A DNA stretch of 48,989 nucleotides from an uncultured bacterium (GCA_937903605.1 CALCZC010000013.1:1-48989), one strand, 5' to 3'. Numbered from the stretch's first letter, positions 9,668-19,419 are shown. Notes: generated from the sequence alone by a model not told the origin. Translations and numbers: made by a program.

Positions 9668-10195
9668 ATGCAGAAATATGAACTTTTATTGGTTCTTCCA
9701 GGTACTTTTGATGAAAAAGAGTCTGAAAATGAAGCCAATAAAATCTTAGCCGTTGTTAACGAAGTGGGCGAAGGAGCTACCATTTCCGAACTTGGCAAAA
9801 ATCGTTTAGCTTATCCTATCAAGCAAATTCGTTATGGTTATTTTTATACCATAGTTTTTGAAACTGAAACGGAAAAATTAAAAGATTTGAAAAATAAATT
9901 AAATTTGGACAAAAACATTTTACGTAGTTTTATCACCAAATATAATGAAAAAATGTCACAAGCTCAAAAAATTTCTTATTTTCAAACCGAAGCTAAAGAA
10001 GATCGTGAAGAAGTAGAAAAAACAGAGGAAAAAACCGAATCCCGCACTGAACGAAGTTCCAACGTTGCGGAAGAAGAAGTAAAACCTCGTGTTGAACAAG
10101 GTCCAAGTATCGGGGAAAAACCGTTGGATATGAAAGATATTGATAAAAAATTGGATGAAATTTTGGCTGACGATAACTTAATGACCAAAGTTTAA
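9668..10195 (+). CDS. rpsF: 30S ribosomal protein S6 with charged C-terminal extension
   Basis: KYELLLVL, LGKNRLAYPIK and GYFY motifs; first gene of rpsF-ssb-rpsR. Confidence 0.93.
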   Translation: MQKYELLLVLPGTFDEKESENEANKILAVVNEVGEGATISELGKNRLAYPIKQIRYGYFYTIVFETETEKLKDLKNKLNLDKNILRSFITKYNEKMSQAQKISYFQTEAKEDREEVEKTEEKTESRTERSSNVAEEEVKPRVEQGPSIGEKPLDMKDIDKKLDEILADDNLMTKV

Positions 10196-10215
10196 TCAAC
10201 AATAATTTTAATAAT

Positions 10216-10656
10216 ATGGACTTAAATCGCGTAACATTAATTGGTAATTTGACTCGCGACCCGGAATTGCGCAACACACCAAACGGAAAAGCCGTGGCTT
10301 CAATGTCTATCGCCACCAATCGCTTTTGGACCGATGCTCAAGGTCAAAAACAAAAAGAGGCTGAATTTCATAATATCGTGATGTGGTCAAAATTGGCGGA
10401 AATCGCTTCACAATATTTACATCGCGGATCCAAAGTCTATATTGAAGGTCGATTACAAACCAGAGAATGGACCGGACAAGACGGTATCAAACGTTACCGC
10501 ACAGAAATCGTAGCCGATAATATGATCATGTTAAATGGACCCTCTGATAATGCCGGTAAAACCCGAACAAACGATAATGTTCAAACTTCTTCTCCGGCGG
10601 AAAATTCCGACGAAGTTATAGAAGAAGAAATAAAAGTTGAAGATATACCTTTTTAA
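10216..10656 (+). CDS. ssb: Single-stranded DNA-binding protein
   Basis: LNRVTLIGNLTRDPELR, VYIEGRLQTR and C-terminal EDIPF. Confidence 0.98.
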   Translation: MDLNRVTLIGNLTRDPELRNTPNGKAVASMSIATNRFWTDAQGQKQKEAEFHNIVMWSKLAEIASQYLHRGSKVYIEGRLQTREWTGQDGIKRYRTEIVADNMIMLNGPSDNAGKTRTNDNVQTSSPAENSDEVIEEEIKVEDIPF

Positions 10657-10665
10657 AAATAAATT

Positions 10666-10881
10666 ATGCAAGACCAGAAAACAAAAAGTTGCTTTTATTG
10701 CACTAACAACAAAATGGTTGTGGATTATAAGGACGTAAACAGTTTGAGAAAATTTGTTTCTTCCTATATGAAAATCGCGCCTCGACGCCGCAGTGGACTT
10801 TGCGCTAAACACCAACGTCAAGTGGCCAATGCCATCAAACGTGCGCGCCAAGCCTCTCTCATGGCTTTTTTGTCTAAATAA
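10666..10881 (+). CDS. rpsR: 30S ribosomal protein S18 (Zn-binding C+ form)
   Basis: CFYC, VDYKDV, KIAPRRRSGLCAKHQRQVANAIKRAR. Confidence 0.97.
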   Translation: MQDQKTKSCFYCTNNKMVVDYKDVNSLRKFVSSYMKIAPRRRSGLCAKHQRQVANAIKRARQASLMAFLSK

Positions 10882-10932
10882 AAACAACCATCATCCCGAC
10901 TTTTTGTCGGGGTGATTTTGAATATAATAACT

Positions 10933-11493
10933 ATGGCTTCTACCAATGAAATTAGAAAAGGTGTAGTTATCAAACACCAAAACGACCTATTTGTGGTTGT
11001 AGAATTTCAACACATCAATCCGGGCAAAGGCGCGGCCTTTGTGCGTACTCGCATGAAATCTTTGGCCACTGGTAAAGTGATTGAAATTACTTATAAAACC
11101 GTAGAAACAGTAGATATTGTCAGTGTTTCTTTTGTTACTATGCAATATCTCTATAAAACTGGCGACAACTATGCTTTTATGAATATGCAATCCTACGAAC
11201 AGATTGAAATGGACGGTGATTTGATAGGAGATGATGCTAAATACCTCAAAGAAGGATTGGATGTCATCATCGGACTTTATGAAGAACGACCGGTCAGTAT
11301 CCAAATTCCGAAAAAAATTCAATACAAAGTAGTAGAAGCTCCGCCAGCAGAAAAAGGCAACAGTGCAGCCGGAAATGTGACTAAAGAAATAGTGCTTGAT
11401 AACGGTTTGCACATTCAAGCGCCGATATTTATCAAAGAAGGTGAAGAAATTTTGGTAAATACAGAAACAGGGGATTACAGCGCTAGAGCGTAA
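10933..11493 (+). CDS. efp: Translation elongation factor P
   Basis: PGKGAAFVR, YAFMN, KEIVLDNGL and P.FIKEGE motifs. Start moved to ATG 10933. Confidence 0.97.
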   Translation: MASTNEIRKGVVIKHQNDLFVVVEFQHINPGKGAAFVRTRMKSLATGKVIEITYKTVETVDIVSVSFVTMQYLYKTGDNYAFMNMQSYEQIEMDGDLIGDDAKYLKEGLDVIIGLYEERPVSIQIPKKIQYKVVEAPPAEKGNSAAGNVTKEIVLDNGLHIQAPIFIKEGEEILVNTETGDYSARA

Positions 11494-11530
11494 GGATGGA
11501 TTTTGGATTACAAACTTCAAGAATTAAATA

Positions 11531-11563
11531 AAAAAATTGTCCGTTTTTAGCGGGCGATTTTTT
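11531..11563 (+). terminator. Rho-independent terminator after efp
   Basis: AAAAAATTGTCCG...CGGGCGATTTTTT imperfect stem with T-run. Confidence 0.6.
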
Positions 11564-11713
11564 GTTTTTGTATACACTCTTGACTTTAACTAAAAATCAT
11601 ATTATAATTTTTTTACAATTTTGTTATATATTATATATATCTCGCGGGTACTATATACTAAGGTATATGCCACCCTCGTTCAAAAAAGAAAGTAAATTTT
11701 CTTTTCGCTCACT

Positions 11714-11785
11714 GCGGGTATCATATAACGGCTATTATCCCAGTTTTCCAAACTGGTGACACGGGTTCGACTCCCGTTACCCGCT
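11714..11785 (+). tRNA. tRNA-Gly(TCC)
   Basis: GCGGGTA/TACCCGC acceptor, CCAGT-TTTCCAA-ACTGG anticodon arm, GGTTCGACTCC T arm. Confidence 0.95.
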
Positions 11786-11996
11786 CAAAAAATACTTCCG
11801 ATTTATCGGAAGTATTTTTTTGTTTTGTAAGTAACGGGAGGAGAACAGGAAAAGGGAGAAAACGGGAGTTTTCTCTTGTTGAGGAAAGGTATTGGAAAAC
11901 CTGAAGGTTTTCCAAAGAGACGCAAAGCGCCGAGTGAGATTTCCCGTTACCCGCTCTAAATAAAGGTACTCCAGTTTATCTGGGGTATTTTTTTTT
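11772..11996 (+). repeat. tRNA-Gly 3'-end duplication enclosing a palindromic mini-element
   Basis: TCCCGTTACCCGCTC at 11772-11786 and 11942-11956, each followed by a related terminator. Inverted copy GTAACGGGAG at 11831-11840, with internal hairpins. Confidence 0.8.
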
Positions 11997-12095
11997 GAAT
12001 TTTATGTTTTGATATTATGATTTATTTGTTATTTGAAATTTTTAATTTGTAATTTATGGCGTTTATTAGTATAATTTAAATTAATAAATTTACTT

Positions 12096-12389
12096 ATGGA
12101 TATTGTTTTATTTTACAAAAATTACCCCTGGCTTATTTGGTATCTGATAGTTATAAATCTCGTCACTTTTTTTATCTACGGTTTGGACAAAGCCAAAGCC
12201 GAGGGACGTTCTTGGCGGGTTAAAGAAACTCGACTTTTGTTTTTAGCATTTATTGGCGGATCTATAGGAGCTATCGCCGGGATGAAGATTTTTCGTCATA
12301 AAATCAAAAAAATTAGGTTTTTATTGCCGTTTATCTTGATTTTAGCCGTTCAAATTGGTTTGCTTTATTACTTCTTGACGAATTTTTAG
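12096..12389 (+). CDS. DUF1294 (YsdA-like) membrane protein
   Basis: YGLDKAKA...WRVKETRLLFLAFIGGSIGA...FRHK motif. Confidence 0.88.
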   Translation: MDIVLFYKNYPWLIWYLIVINLVTFFIYGLDKAKAEGRSWRVKETRLLFLAFIGGSIGAIAGMKIFRHKIKKIRFLLPFILILAVQIGLLYYFLTNF

Positions 12390-12451
12390 AAGTTGTTATA
12401 ATATTTTTCAAAATAGCCAAGTTTTGGCTTGTAATAAAAATTTAAAGCACT

Positions 12452-12691
12452 ATGCTTAACAATATTAATTTTATTGACGATGATGCCAATTACGACGAAA
12501 ATGACGCCGTTTGGCAAGAAGAAGAAAAAGATGAATTAGATGAATTTGGTTTTAAGACTGAAGACGAGGAAAAAGAGGAAGAAACAAAAGCAGAAGAAGG
12601 TGATGATGATGGTGATGAAGATGAGGAAGATGAAGAGGAAGAAGAAGAGGAAGAAGAAGTTGAAGGATTTGGTCTGGAAAAAGATGTTTAA
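12452..12691 (+). CDS. Small hyperacidic protein
   Basis: 79-aa ORF, more than half D/E, followed by a terminator. Confidence 0.6.
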   Translation: MLNNINFIDDDANYDENDAVWQEEEKDELDEFGFKTEDEEKEEETKAEEGDDDGDEDEEDEEEEEEEEEVEGFGLEKDV

Positions 12692-12696
12692 AGTTT

Positions 12697-12731
12697 TCCC
12701 GCCCCGACGTGAAGTTGGGGCGGGACTTTTT
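12697..12731 (+). terminator. Rho-independent terminator
   Basis: TCCCGCCCCGAC-gtgaa-GTTGGGGCGGGA followed by CTTTTT. Confidence 0.8.
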
Positions 12732-12789
12732 ATAATATGTTCTAAATGCGGTTGAAATAAAAACCAGGGCTAAATTGTATTACCAATAT

Positions 12790-13350
12790 ATGGTCATAGA
12801 TCTCAATTTAAGCGACGAACAATTGGCGGTGGCGGTTCGCGAAGTAGACAAAGAATTATATGGTGAATTAATAAGGCGCTATTCGGTCAAAATAGGGCAT
12901 TATTTGCGTAAATTTATTCGAGACAATGATGAGCTTGAAGATGTCTTACAACTGGTTTTTATCAAGGCCTATCGTAATCTTTTTGATTTTAATTCAAAAT
13001 ATAAATTTTCTCCTTGGTTGTATCGGATAGCCCACAATGAAGCCTTAAATTTTTTGAAAAAATATAAAAGAGAAAAAGTTTCTTTAGATGAAACGGAGTG
13101 GGAAATAGTCGATGAAAAAATGAACCTTAATGATAAGATGGATGTAAAATTTTTGAAAGAAGATATTGAAAAAGGTTTGGGTAAGATGAAAGATAAATAT
13201 CGAGAAGTTTTGATCCTTTATTTTTTTGAACAAAAGACTTACGAAGAAATAGGAGAAATTATGCGTTTGTCACGTAATACAGTCGGGGTTTTATTAATGC
13301 GGGCAAAAGAAATTTTAAAACAAATTCTAAAAGAAGAAAAATATGTTTAA
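12790..13350 (+). CDS. ECF RNA polymerase sigma factor (SigW/RpoE-like)
   Basis: EDVLQLVFIKAY, FSPWLYRIAHN and YREVLILYFFEQKTYEEIGEIM (regions 2 and 4). Start uncertain (12775 or 12790). Confidence 0.9.
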   Translation: MVIDLNLSDEQLAVAVREVDKELYGELIRRYSVKIGHYLRKFIRDNDELEDVLQLVFIKAYRNLFDFNSKYKFSPWLYRIAHNEALNFLKKYKREKVSLDETEWEIVDEKMNLNDKMDVKFLKEDIEKGLGKMKDKYREVLILYFFEQKTYEEIGEIMRLSRNTVGVLLMRAKEILKQILKEEKYV

Positions 13351-14194
13351 AAATAATAAAATCGAAGAAAAAGTGATGGCTGAAATCAAAAGTGGTAAAG
13401 TAAAATTACGTTCCCGCTATGTTTTTTTAGCTGAAAAGCTTGGTATTGGCAGTGCTTTCATTTTTAGCGTATTTTTGGCTGTTTTATTTTTTACTTTAGT
13501 TTTATTTTACTTGCAAGCATCCGACAATTTAGGGTATTTGAGTTTTGGGAGCCGTGGAATGTTCGCTTTTTTGGAAACCTTCCCTTATTTATTGGTAGCC
13601 ACATTGATAATTTGTGTTTTTATAGCCGGATTTATTTTGAAAAAAAGCGGAGTTTTATATCAGAAGCCGTTTGGGCGTTTGGCTCTTAGTCTTTTAGGTT
13701 TTATTGTTTTTGTCGGAGTAATTTTAACCTTTACCTCCTTGGGGGAAAATATCGAAAAAAGATCTTATAATCGCCGTGCTCCAAGCAGAGTTTTTCACCC
13801 TCTATTACATCAGAGTTTTGGTGAACGTCAAAGAGGTATCGCTGGCAGAATTGTAGAAATTGGAGACAATTTTATAAACATAGAAACTCCGATGGGTGTG
13901 AAAAAGATTGATTTTTCTTCTTTACAGGTAAGCAGCACCACTCCCGCCTTTGAAACGGGAATGTTTATTATGGCCGTTGGCAAAAATAAAGGAGAACTTT
14001 TTTCAGCTGTTGATATAAAAGTAGTAAATGAAAATGAAATGCCGATGATACGTCGAGGAATAGACGACCGCTTTGGATCTTTTGAGGGTAGAAAAATTCC
14101 TTTGCCGGGTGAAGAAAAAGTAAGGTGTTTTGAAGGGTGTGTATTTGATAAAAACAACGCCAGTTCTTGTGAAAAAAATTGTCTAATAAAATAA
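13343..14194 (+). CDS. Membrane protein coupled to the ECF sigma (putative anti-sigma; DUF5666-like periplasmic domain)
   Basis: Overlaps the sigma stop; 3 TM helices; GIAGRIVEIGDNFINIET beta-domain pattern. Confidence 0.6.
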   Translation: MFKNNKIEEKVMAEIKSGKVKLRSRYVFLAEKLGIGSAFIFSVFLAVLFFTLVLFYLQASDNLGYLSFGSRGMFAFLETFPYLLVATLIICVFIAGFILKKSGVLYQKPFGRLALSLLGFIVFVGVILTFTSLGENIEKRSYNRRAPSRVFHPLLHQSFGERQRGIAGRIVEIGDNFINIETPMGVKKIDFSSLQVSSTTPAFETGMFIMAVGKNKGELFSAVDIKVVNENEMPMIRRGIDDRFGSFEGRKIPLPGEEKVRCFEGCVFDKNNASSCEKNCLIK

Positions 14195-14198
14195 ATAT

Positions 14199-15959
14199 AT
14201 GAGAAAAATATTTGGTTATTTTTTGGCGCACAAAATTATAAGTTCCATGGTTTTGATTGTTTTGATTGGCGGAGGTTATTGGTCATATCAAAAATGGTTT
14301 ACTCCGGAAGAAGCCGTGCGTTATCTTACCGCTAAAGCGGAAAAAGGGGTTTTATCCTCTTCTATTTCCGGCACCGGACAAGTTGAAGCCGAGAGTCAGG
14401 TTGATATAAAAGCTGAAGCTTCCGGAAAGATTGTTGGCGTTTCAACCAAAGTCGGACAAGAGGTAAAAACGGGGCAGTTGTTAATTACGCTTGATCCAAC
14501 TGATGCATTGAAATCCGTGCGTGATGCGGAAACAAATTTGCGTTCAGCACAAATATCTTATGAAAAGTTAGTTGCGCCGGCCACAGAGTTGGAAATTTTA
14601 CAAGCTGAAAACTCCCTACTTTCGAGCAAAGAATCTTTGCGTCAAGCACAAGATAATTTGGACAAAGCTTATGAAGATGGGTTTAATACAGTTTCTAACG
14701 CGTTTTTAGAGTTGCCGGGATTAATTTCAGATATGGAGGATATGATTTTTGACAATGATTTTGAAAAGTATCAGCCAAATATTGACTGGTATTTAAATCA
14801 AGGTCTTTCCTATGACAGTGATAATCAAAACAAGATAAGAAAATATCGTCAGGATGTCTTGGATGCTTATGATATAGCCAGAATAAATTATAATAACAAT
14901 TTTGAGGATTATAAAAACACATCGCGCGATTCCAGTACTTCTACAATCTCTAATTTGATTTGGCAAACCTATGAAACAGTTAAGTCTTTGGCGGATACGG
15001 TAAAAAATATGAATAATTATGTTGATTATATTCAAGACGCCATGTCACAAGCCGAGTATAAGGTAAATATACCGGCTTTGATGAGTACTCATCAAAGTTC
15101 TTTGGATACTTATACGGGAAAAACGAACAGTCACTTGTCTTCTTTATTACAAATAAAAAATAGTATTGAAAGCACTAAAACAAGTATTGAGAGTACATCG
15201 CGTGCTATTGCCGAAAAAGAGCTTTCATTCATCAATCTTAAAGCCGGACCAGATGCTTTGGATATAGAAACTCAAAAATTATCTTTGCAACAGAAAGAAA
15301 ATTTACTTTTGGAAGCTAGAGAAAAATTGGCTGATTATTATATCCGCGCCCCGTTTGACGGAGTTATTGCTTCGTTTAGTCTCAAGAAAGGGGATACGGT
15401 TTCTTCCGGAGGCGCTATTGCTACCATTATTAACAAACAATATACAGCCACTATTTCACTTAACGAAGTGGATGCGGCCAAAGTTAAAATTGGACAAAAA
15501 GTCATTATTACTTTTGATGCGATCGAAGATCTAACGCTTACCGGAGAAGTAGCGGAGATAGATACTTTGGGCACCGTGAGTCAAGGAGTGGTAAGTTATA
15601 ATGTAAAAATAATTTTTGATATTCAAGATGAAAGATTTAAATCAGGAATGACAGTTACAACTAATATTATTTTATCTTCTAAAACAGATGTTTTGATGGT
15701 TAAGACATCGGCCATTAAAACACAAGGTAATATAAATTATGTTGAAGTTTTGATAGACGGGGTGCCTCAGCAAAAGACAATAACAATTGGTGATAGTAAC
15801 GATACAATGACGGAAGTTTTGAGCGGGATTGACGAGGGCGATGAAGTAGTAACGCAAAAAATAACTGCTAGTTCCGTAACCGCTTCACAGACAAATGCAA
15901 CAACCGATAATAGGAGTTTTGGGGGAGACCAGGGAGTAATGAGAATGATAAGAGACTAA
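14199..15959 (+). CDS. Efflux periplasmic adaptor subunit (MacA/HlyD-like)
   Basis: N-terminal TM, SGTGQVEA, long coiled coil, IRAPFDGVI and ISLNEVDAAKVKIGQKV. Confidence 0.9.
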   Translation: MRKIFGYFLAHKIISSMVLIVLIGGGYWSYQKWFTPEEAVRYLTAKAEKGVLSSSISGTGQVEAESQVDIKAEASGKIVGVSTKVGQEVKTGQLLITLDPTDALKSVRDAETNLRSAQISYEKLVAPATELEILQAENSLLSSKESLRQAQDNLDKAYEDGFNTVSNAFLELPGLISDMEDMIFDNDFEKYQPNIDWYLNQGLSYDSDNQNKIRKYRQDVLDAYDIARINYNNNFEDYKNTSRDSSTSTISNLIWQTYETVKSLADTVKNMNNYVDYIQDAMSQAEYKVNIPALMSTHQSSLDTYTGKTNSHLSSLLQIKNSIESTKTSIESTSRAIAEKELSFINLKAGPDALDIETQKLSLQQKENLLLEAREKLADYYIRAPFDGVIASFSLKKGDTVSSGGAIATIINKQYTATISLNEVDAAKVKIGQKVIITFDAIEDLTLTGEVAEIDTLGTVSQGVVSYNVKIIFDIQDERFKSGMTVTTNIILSSKTDVLMVKTSAIKTQGNINYVEVLIDGVPQQKTITIGDSNDTMTEVLSGIDEGDEVVTQKITASSVTASQTNATTDNRSFGGDQGVMRMIRD

Positions 15960-15965
15960 TTTTTT

Positions 15966-16652
15966 ATGTTGATCAAATGTGAAAATATAAATCAGGCTTA
16001 TCAAGTTGGACGCTCGCTAGTACCGGTTTTAAAAAACATCAATTTTACGATAGAAAAAGGAGAATTTGTGGCGATAATGGGACCGTCCGGTTCTGGTAAA
16101 TCCACTTTAATGAACATTTTGGGCGCTTTGGATAAGCCAATATCTGGAAAATATTATTTGGAAGGAAAAGACGTTTTTTCCCTGTCTGAAAAAGATATTG
16201 CTTCTATTCGGGCTGAAAAAATCGGCTTTGTTTTTCAATCGTTTAATCTTTTGTCACGTTCTACAGTAATACGCAATGTTATGTTACCGTTAGTTTATAA
16301 TCCACTCATTAAAAGAGATCAAAGAAAGAATCTGGCGATTAAAGCTTTGAAAAGTTGCGGTTTGGAAGAAGATCGTTGGCAACATCTAAGTAATGAACTT
16401 TCGGGTGGTCAAATGCAAAGAGTAGCTATTGCCCGCGCGCTTGTCAGTGAGCCGGATATTATTTTAGCCGATGAACCAACCGGCAACCTTGATTCAAAAA
16501 CAGGACAAATTATTTTACAGACTTTTCAAAAGTTAAATCGAGAACAAGGTCATACGATTATTATTATTACTCATGATAAATATGTAGCTGATCAGACAGA
16601 CAGAATCATTGAAATCAAAGACGGAGAAATAATTTCCGATAAGAAAAAATAA
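15966..16652 (+). CDS. ABC transporter ATP-binding protein (MacB/LolD-like)
   Basis: GPSGSGKST, LSGGQMQRVAIARAL, ADEPTGNLD. Confidence 0.95.
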   Translation: MLIKCENINQAYQVGRSLVPVLKNINFTIEKGEFVAIMGPSGSGKSTLMNILGALDKPISGKYYLEGKDVFSLSEKDIASIRAEKIGFVFQSFNLLSRSTVIRNVMLPLVYNPLIKRDQRKNLAIKALKSCGLEEDRWQHLSNELSGGQMQRVAIARALVSEPDIILADEPTGNLDSKTGQIILQTFQKLNREQGHTIIIITHDKYVADQTDRIIEIKDGEIISDKKK

Positions 16653-16657
16653 AAAAT

Positions 16658-17872
16658 ATGTTAATAACCGATATTTTTGAAGAAACAATTTTTTCACTTT
16701 CTTCCAACAAATCACGCTCGGCTTTGACTATTTTAGGCATTGTCATTGGGATTGCTTCCGTCATTGCCATGATTTCTGTGGGTCAGGGTTCGGCACAATC
16801 TATAACCGACAGAGTTGAATCGCTCGGAACTAATTTATTGACCATAATGCCCGGTTCACAAAGACGAACGATGGTCAGCGGGGGTATGGGCTCGGCCACA
16901 ACATTAACTTTGGATGATGCGCAAGCTCTTAGAGAAATTAGCGGGGTAGAATCCGTTGCCCCAACCGTCAGCAGTCGCAAACAAATAACCGTAAAAGGAA
17001 ATAACACCAACACTTCTATCAATGGGATCGATGAAAATTATTTTTTTGTTAAAACAATTGAATTGGAAATGGGTAGTGAATTTACTGCGGTGCAATTAAA
17101 ATCAAAATCAAAAGTCGCCATTATTGGTCCGACTACAAGAAATAATTTGTTTGGAGAAAATGTTGACCCTATCGGACAAAAAATTCGAATTGCCAGCCAA
17201 GAATTTACAGTTGTCGGAGTAACTAAGGCCAAAGGGGGAACTGGATTTGGCAGTGCAGACGATCTTATCTACGTTCCGCTTGGCACCGCTCAACAGTACA
17301 TCACCGGTAATAGCAATTTAAGCAATATTAACGTTCAGGTGGAATCCGCCGATTTGATGGAAATAATAGACCAAGAGATTACAGCTATTCTTTTGGAAAG
17401 ACACAATATAAGCGATGTCACTAAAGCCGATTTTAGTATTATGAACCAAGCTGACATGCTTTCGACCATGACAGAGGTAACCAATACGATGACGATGTTA
17501 CTTGCTGCTATTGCCGGTATTTCTCTTGTTGTTGGCGGAATTGGAATTATGAACATGATGTTAACGACAGTCACTGAACGCACGCGGGAAATAGGTTTGC
17601 GTAAATCTATCGGCGCCAATAATGAAGATATAGTCGTGCAGTTTTTGATGGAATCGGTGGCTTTGACTTTTCTCGGCGGAATAATAGGAATAGTAATAGG
17701 GTGGCTGGCGGCTTGGGTTATGCAGAATTTTTTTAGCATTACTACGTCGGTTAGGCTGTGGTCTATAGTAATGTCTTTTGGAGTAGCGACTTTAATAGGA
17801 ATAGTTTTTGGATATTATCCGGCGCGTCGGGCCGCAAAATTGGATCCGATAGACGCTTTACGTTATCAATAA
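16658..17872 (+). CDS. MacB-family ABC permease
   Basis: RSALTILGIVIGIASVIAM, GGIGIMNMM...ERTREIGLRK and GYYPARRAAKLDPIDALRY. Confidence 0.95.
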   Translation: MLITDIFEETIFSLSSNKSRSALTILGIVIGIASVIAMISVGQGSAQSITDRVESLGTNLLTIMPGSQRRTMVSGGMGSATTLTLDDAQALREISGVESVAPTVSSRKQITVKGNNTNTSINGIDENYFFVKTIELEMGSEFTAVQLKSKSKVAIIGPTTRNNLFGENVDPIGQKIRIASQEFTVVGVTKAKGGTGFGSADDLIYVPLGTAQQYITGNSNLSNINVQVESADLMEIIDQEITAILLERHNISDVTKADFSIMNQADMLSTMTEVTNTMTMLLAAIAGISLVVGGIGIMNMMLTTVTERTREIGLRKSIGANNEDIVVQFLMESVALTFLGGIIGIVIGWLAAWVMQNFFSITTSVRLWSIVMSFGVATLIGIVFGYYPARRAAKLDPIDALRYQ

Positions 17873-17894
17873 TTTATTAATTTATTTAAACTTT

Positions 17895-18482
17895 ATGCGA
17901 AAGTATTTTTTTCTAATTTTATTTTTTGCTTTGGTTTTGACGGTTGCCGGTTGTGCAAAAAAACAAGGAGTGACCAATGATAATATTGGTAAAAGAAATT
18001 TACAAACCGAACAAAACAGACAAAGGAACGGTTTTGCCAGTAGTACCTGGCAAAATTTGGGAGAAAAAGGAGGTGTAAAAGATTTGGATTTAGGAGAAAA
18101 AATCACAGTGATGGGATCAACAAATCAAGACGGTAGTATAAATGCCAGCAGGATTATGCTTGGCGAAATGCCAAAAATGGAAAGACCTAACACTACATCG
18201 GAACAATTTCAAAATAGGGAAGGAAATCAGGCTCCCGCAAATATGGACAGGGGGGACAACTCTCGGTTTGGAAACAATGGTGATCGTCCAAGTGGAACGA
18301 TGAATAGAAATTTTGGAGCAGGAATGTTTAGCGGAGAGATATTAAAAATTGACATTAATAATTTTATTTTGAAAACCGAAAAAGAAGGCACAAAAATAAT
18401 TTATTTTACTCCGGGAACGGAAATTTATATTTTTTCTTCTACAACTTTGAAAGAAAATGTAAGCACAGATTTGGTTGAATAA
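17895..18482 (+). CDS. Lipoprotein, DUF5666-like
   Basis: LTVAGC lipobox; DLGEKITVMGSTNQDGSINASRI and FSGEILKID repeats. Confidence 0.65.
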   Translation: MRKYFFLILFFALVLTVAGCAKKQGVTNDNIGKRNLQTEQNRQRNGFASSTWQNLGEKGGVKDLDLGEKITVMGSTNQDGSINASRIMLGEMPKMERPNTTSEQFQNREGNQAPANMDRGDNSRFGNNGDRPSGTMNRNFGAGMFSGEILKIDINNFILKTEKEGTKIIYFTPGTEIYIFSSTTLKENVSTDLVE

Positions 18483-18506
18483 AAAAGCCCCCGCGAATGC
18501 GGGGGC
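18481..18506 (-). terminator. Terminator between convergent genes
   Basis: AAAAAA-GCCCCCGC-gaat-GCGGGGGC. Confidence 0.8.
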
Positions 18507-18520
18507 AGAAAGAACGAATT

Positions 18521-19375
18521 TTAGGCCGTAGCTCCCGTGACCTTTTCCGGCAGGGGCTTGGAACTTTCCGTTTTGAGCGGAAGATCCGGCTTTTCCTCTT
18601 TTGGAAGTTCAAGCATCCTCACCTCACCGATTATTTCTAACCGGAACTTGGTGTTGGGACTGTTGATTTCCTTGAGACGAGGGAATTCCAGGAGCTCTCC
18701 GCCATCCAAACCACGCATGCCGTCGAGCTTGTTGATCGGGGTATTGTGCCAGTGAATCCTGGCCTGACCAAGCTTGGTCATGACCGTTCCCCATCCCATT
18801 GCCCGGTTGTACCAGAGCACGAACGCCTGGTTGTTGCCGAGTTTCGGGATTTTTACCTCTGGTTTGGTCGGGATCTTGTGCACCGGGCGCAAGTTCTGTT
18901 CGGGTTTGGTAATCCCGAGTTTGCGTGCTCCGGCCGTGTCCTCGTTGATCAGTTTGTCCAGAGCCGGCCAGTTGAGTTCCGGAACCATGAGCGTACCCCA
19001 ATGGATACCGATCTCTTCACGACGAACTTCCTGTTCGGTGATGAAAAGTTCACCGTAGTGAGCCACGACCGCGATTTCGGCCATGACAATGTTGCGTCCG
19101 TCGCGCGCTACGATCCGCAAGTTATTCTGCGGGTACTTGGTGTAAATGAACGGCACACCGTCCACGTACGTCAGCTGGGTAGCGATCTCAATACGATAAA
19201 CACTGTCCTTGTTCTCCGAACGGATCGGTTTGAGGATGTGGATGTTTTTTTGCTGATCCACACTCACCACGATCTTGAACTGATCGAAAAGCTGAACCTC
19301 CAGGGACAGCTTGTCTTCCAGTTTCAAATCTTTCCCGTCAAAGGGAAGGCCGTTTTTCAAAAGTTTCAGTTTCAT
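18521..19375 (-). CDS. GC-rich hypothetical protein with a C-terminal cold-shock/OB-fold-like motif
   Basis: ATG 19375 has an AGGAGG SD; VLWYNRAMGWGTV...ARIHW resembles CSD RNP1/RNP2. Base composition is visibly GC-richer than the flanks. Confidence 0.7.
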   Translation of the reverse strand: MKLKLLKNGLPFDGKDLKLEDKLSLEVQLFDQFKIVVSVDQQKNIHILKPIRSENKDSVYRIEIATQLTYVDGVPFIYTKYPQNNLRIVARDGRNIVMAEIAVVAHYGELFITEQEVRREEIGIHWGTLMVPELNWPALDKLINEDTAGARKLGITKPEQNLRPVHKIPTKPEVKIPKLGNNQAFVLWYNRAMGWGTVMTKLGQARIHWHNTPINKLDGMRGLDGGELLEFPRLKEINSPNTKFRLEIIGEVRMLELPKEEKPDLPLKTESSKPLPEKVTGATA

Positions 19376-19419
19376 CTGGCGCCTCCTTGTAGCTGTTGTT
19401 AAAAGGTACAAAACATATG

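Noticed and set aside
9950-10195. Long charged C-terminal tail on S6
   Set aside because: Variable acidic S6 tails are widespread, so this is not distinctive on its own.
10881-10933. rplI absent after rpsR
   Set aside because: rpsF-ssb-rpsR without an adjacent rplI is common, and one window cannot show gene loss.
11562-11915. ORFs 11562..11759 and 11721..11915
   Set aside because: They overlap tRNA-Gly(TCC) and its downstream element.
18537-19402. Four alternative ORFs over the GC-rich gene
   Set aside because: Expected shadow frames in high-GC DNA. Only the 18521..19375 frame has a promoter, SD and terminator.
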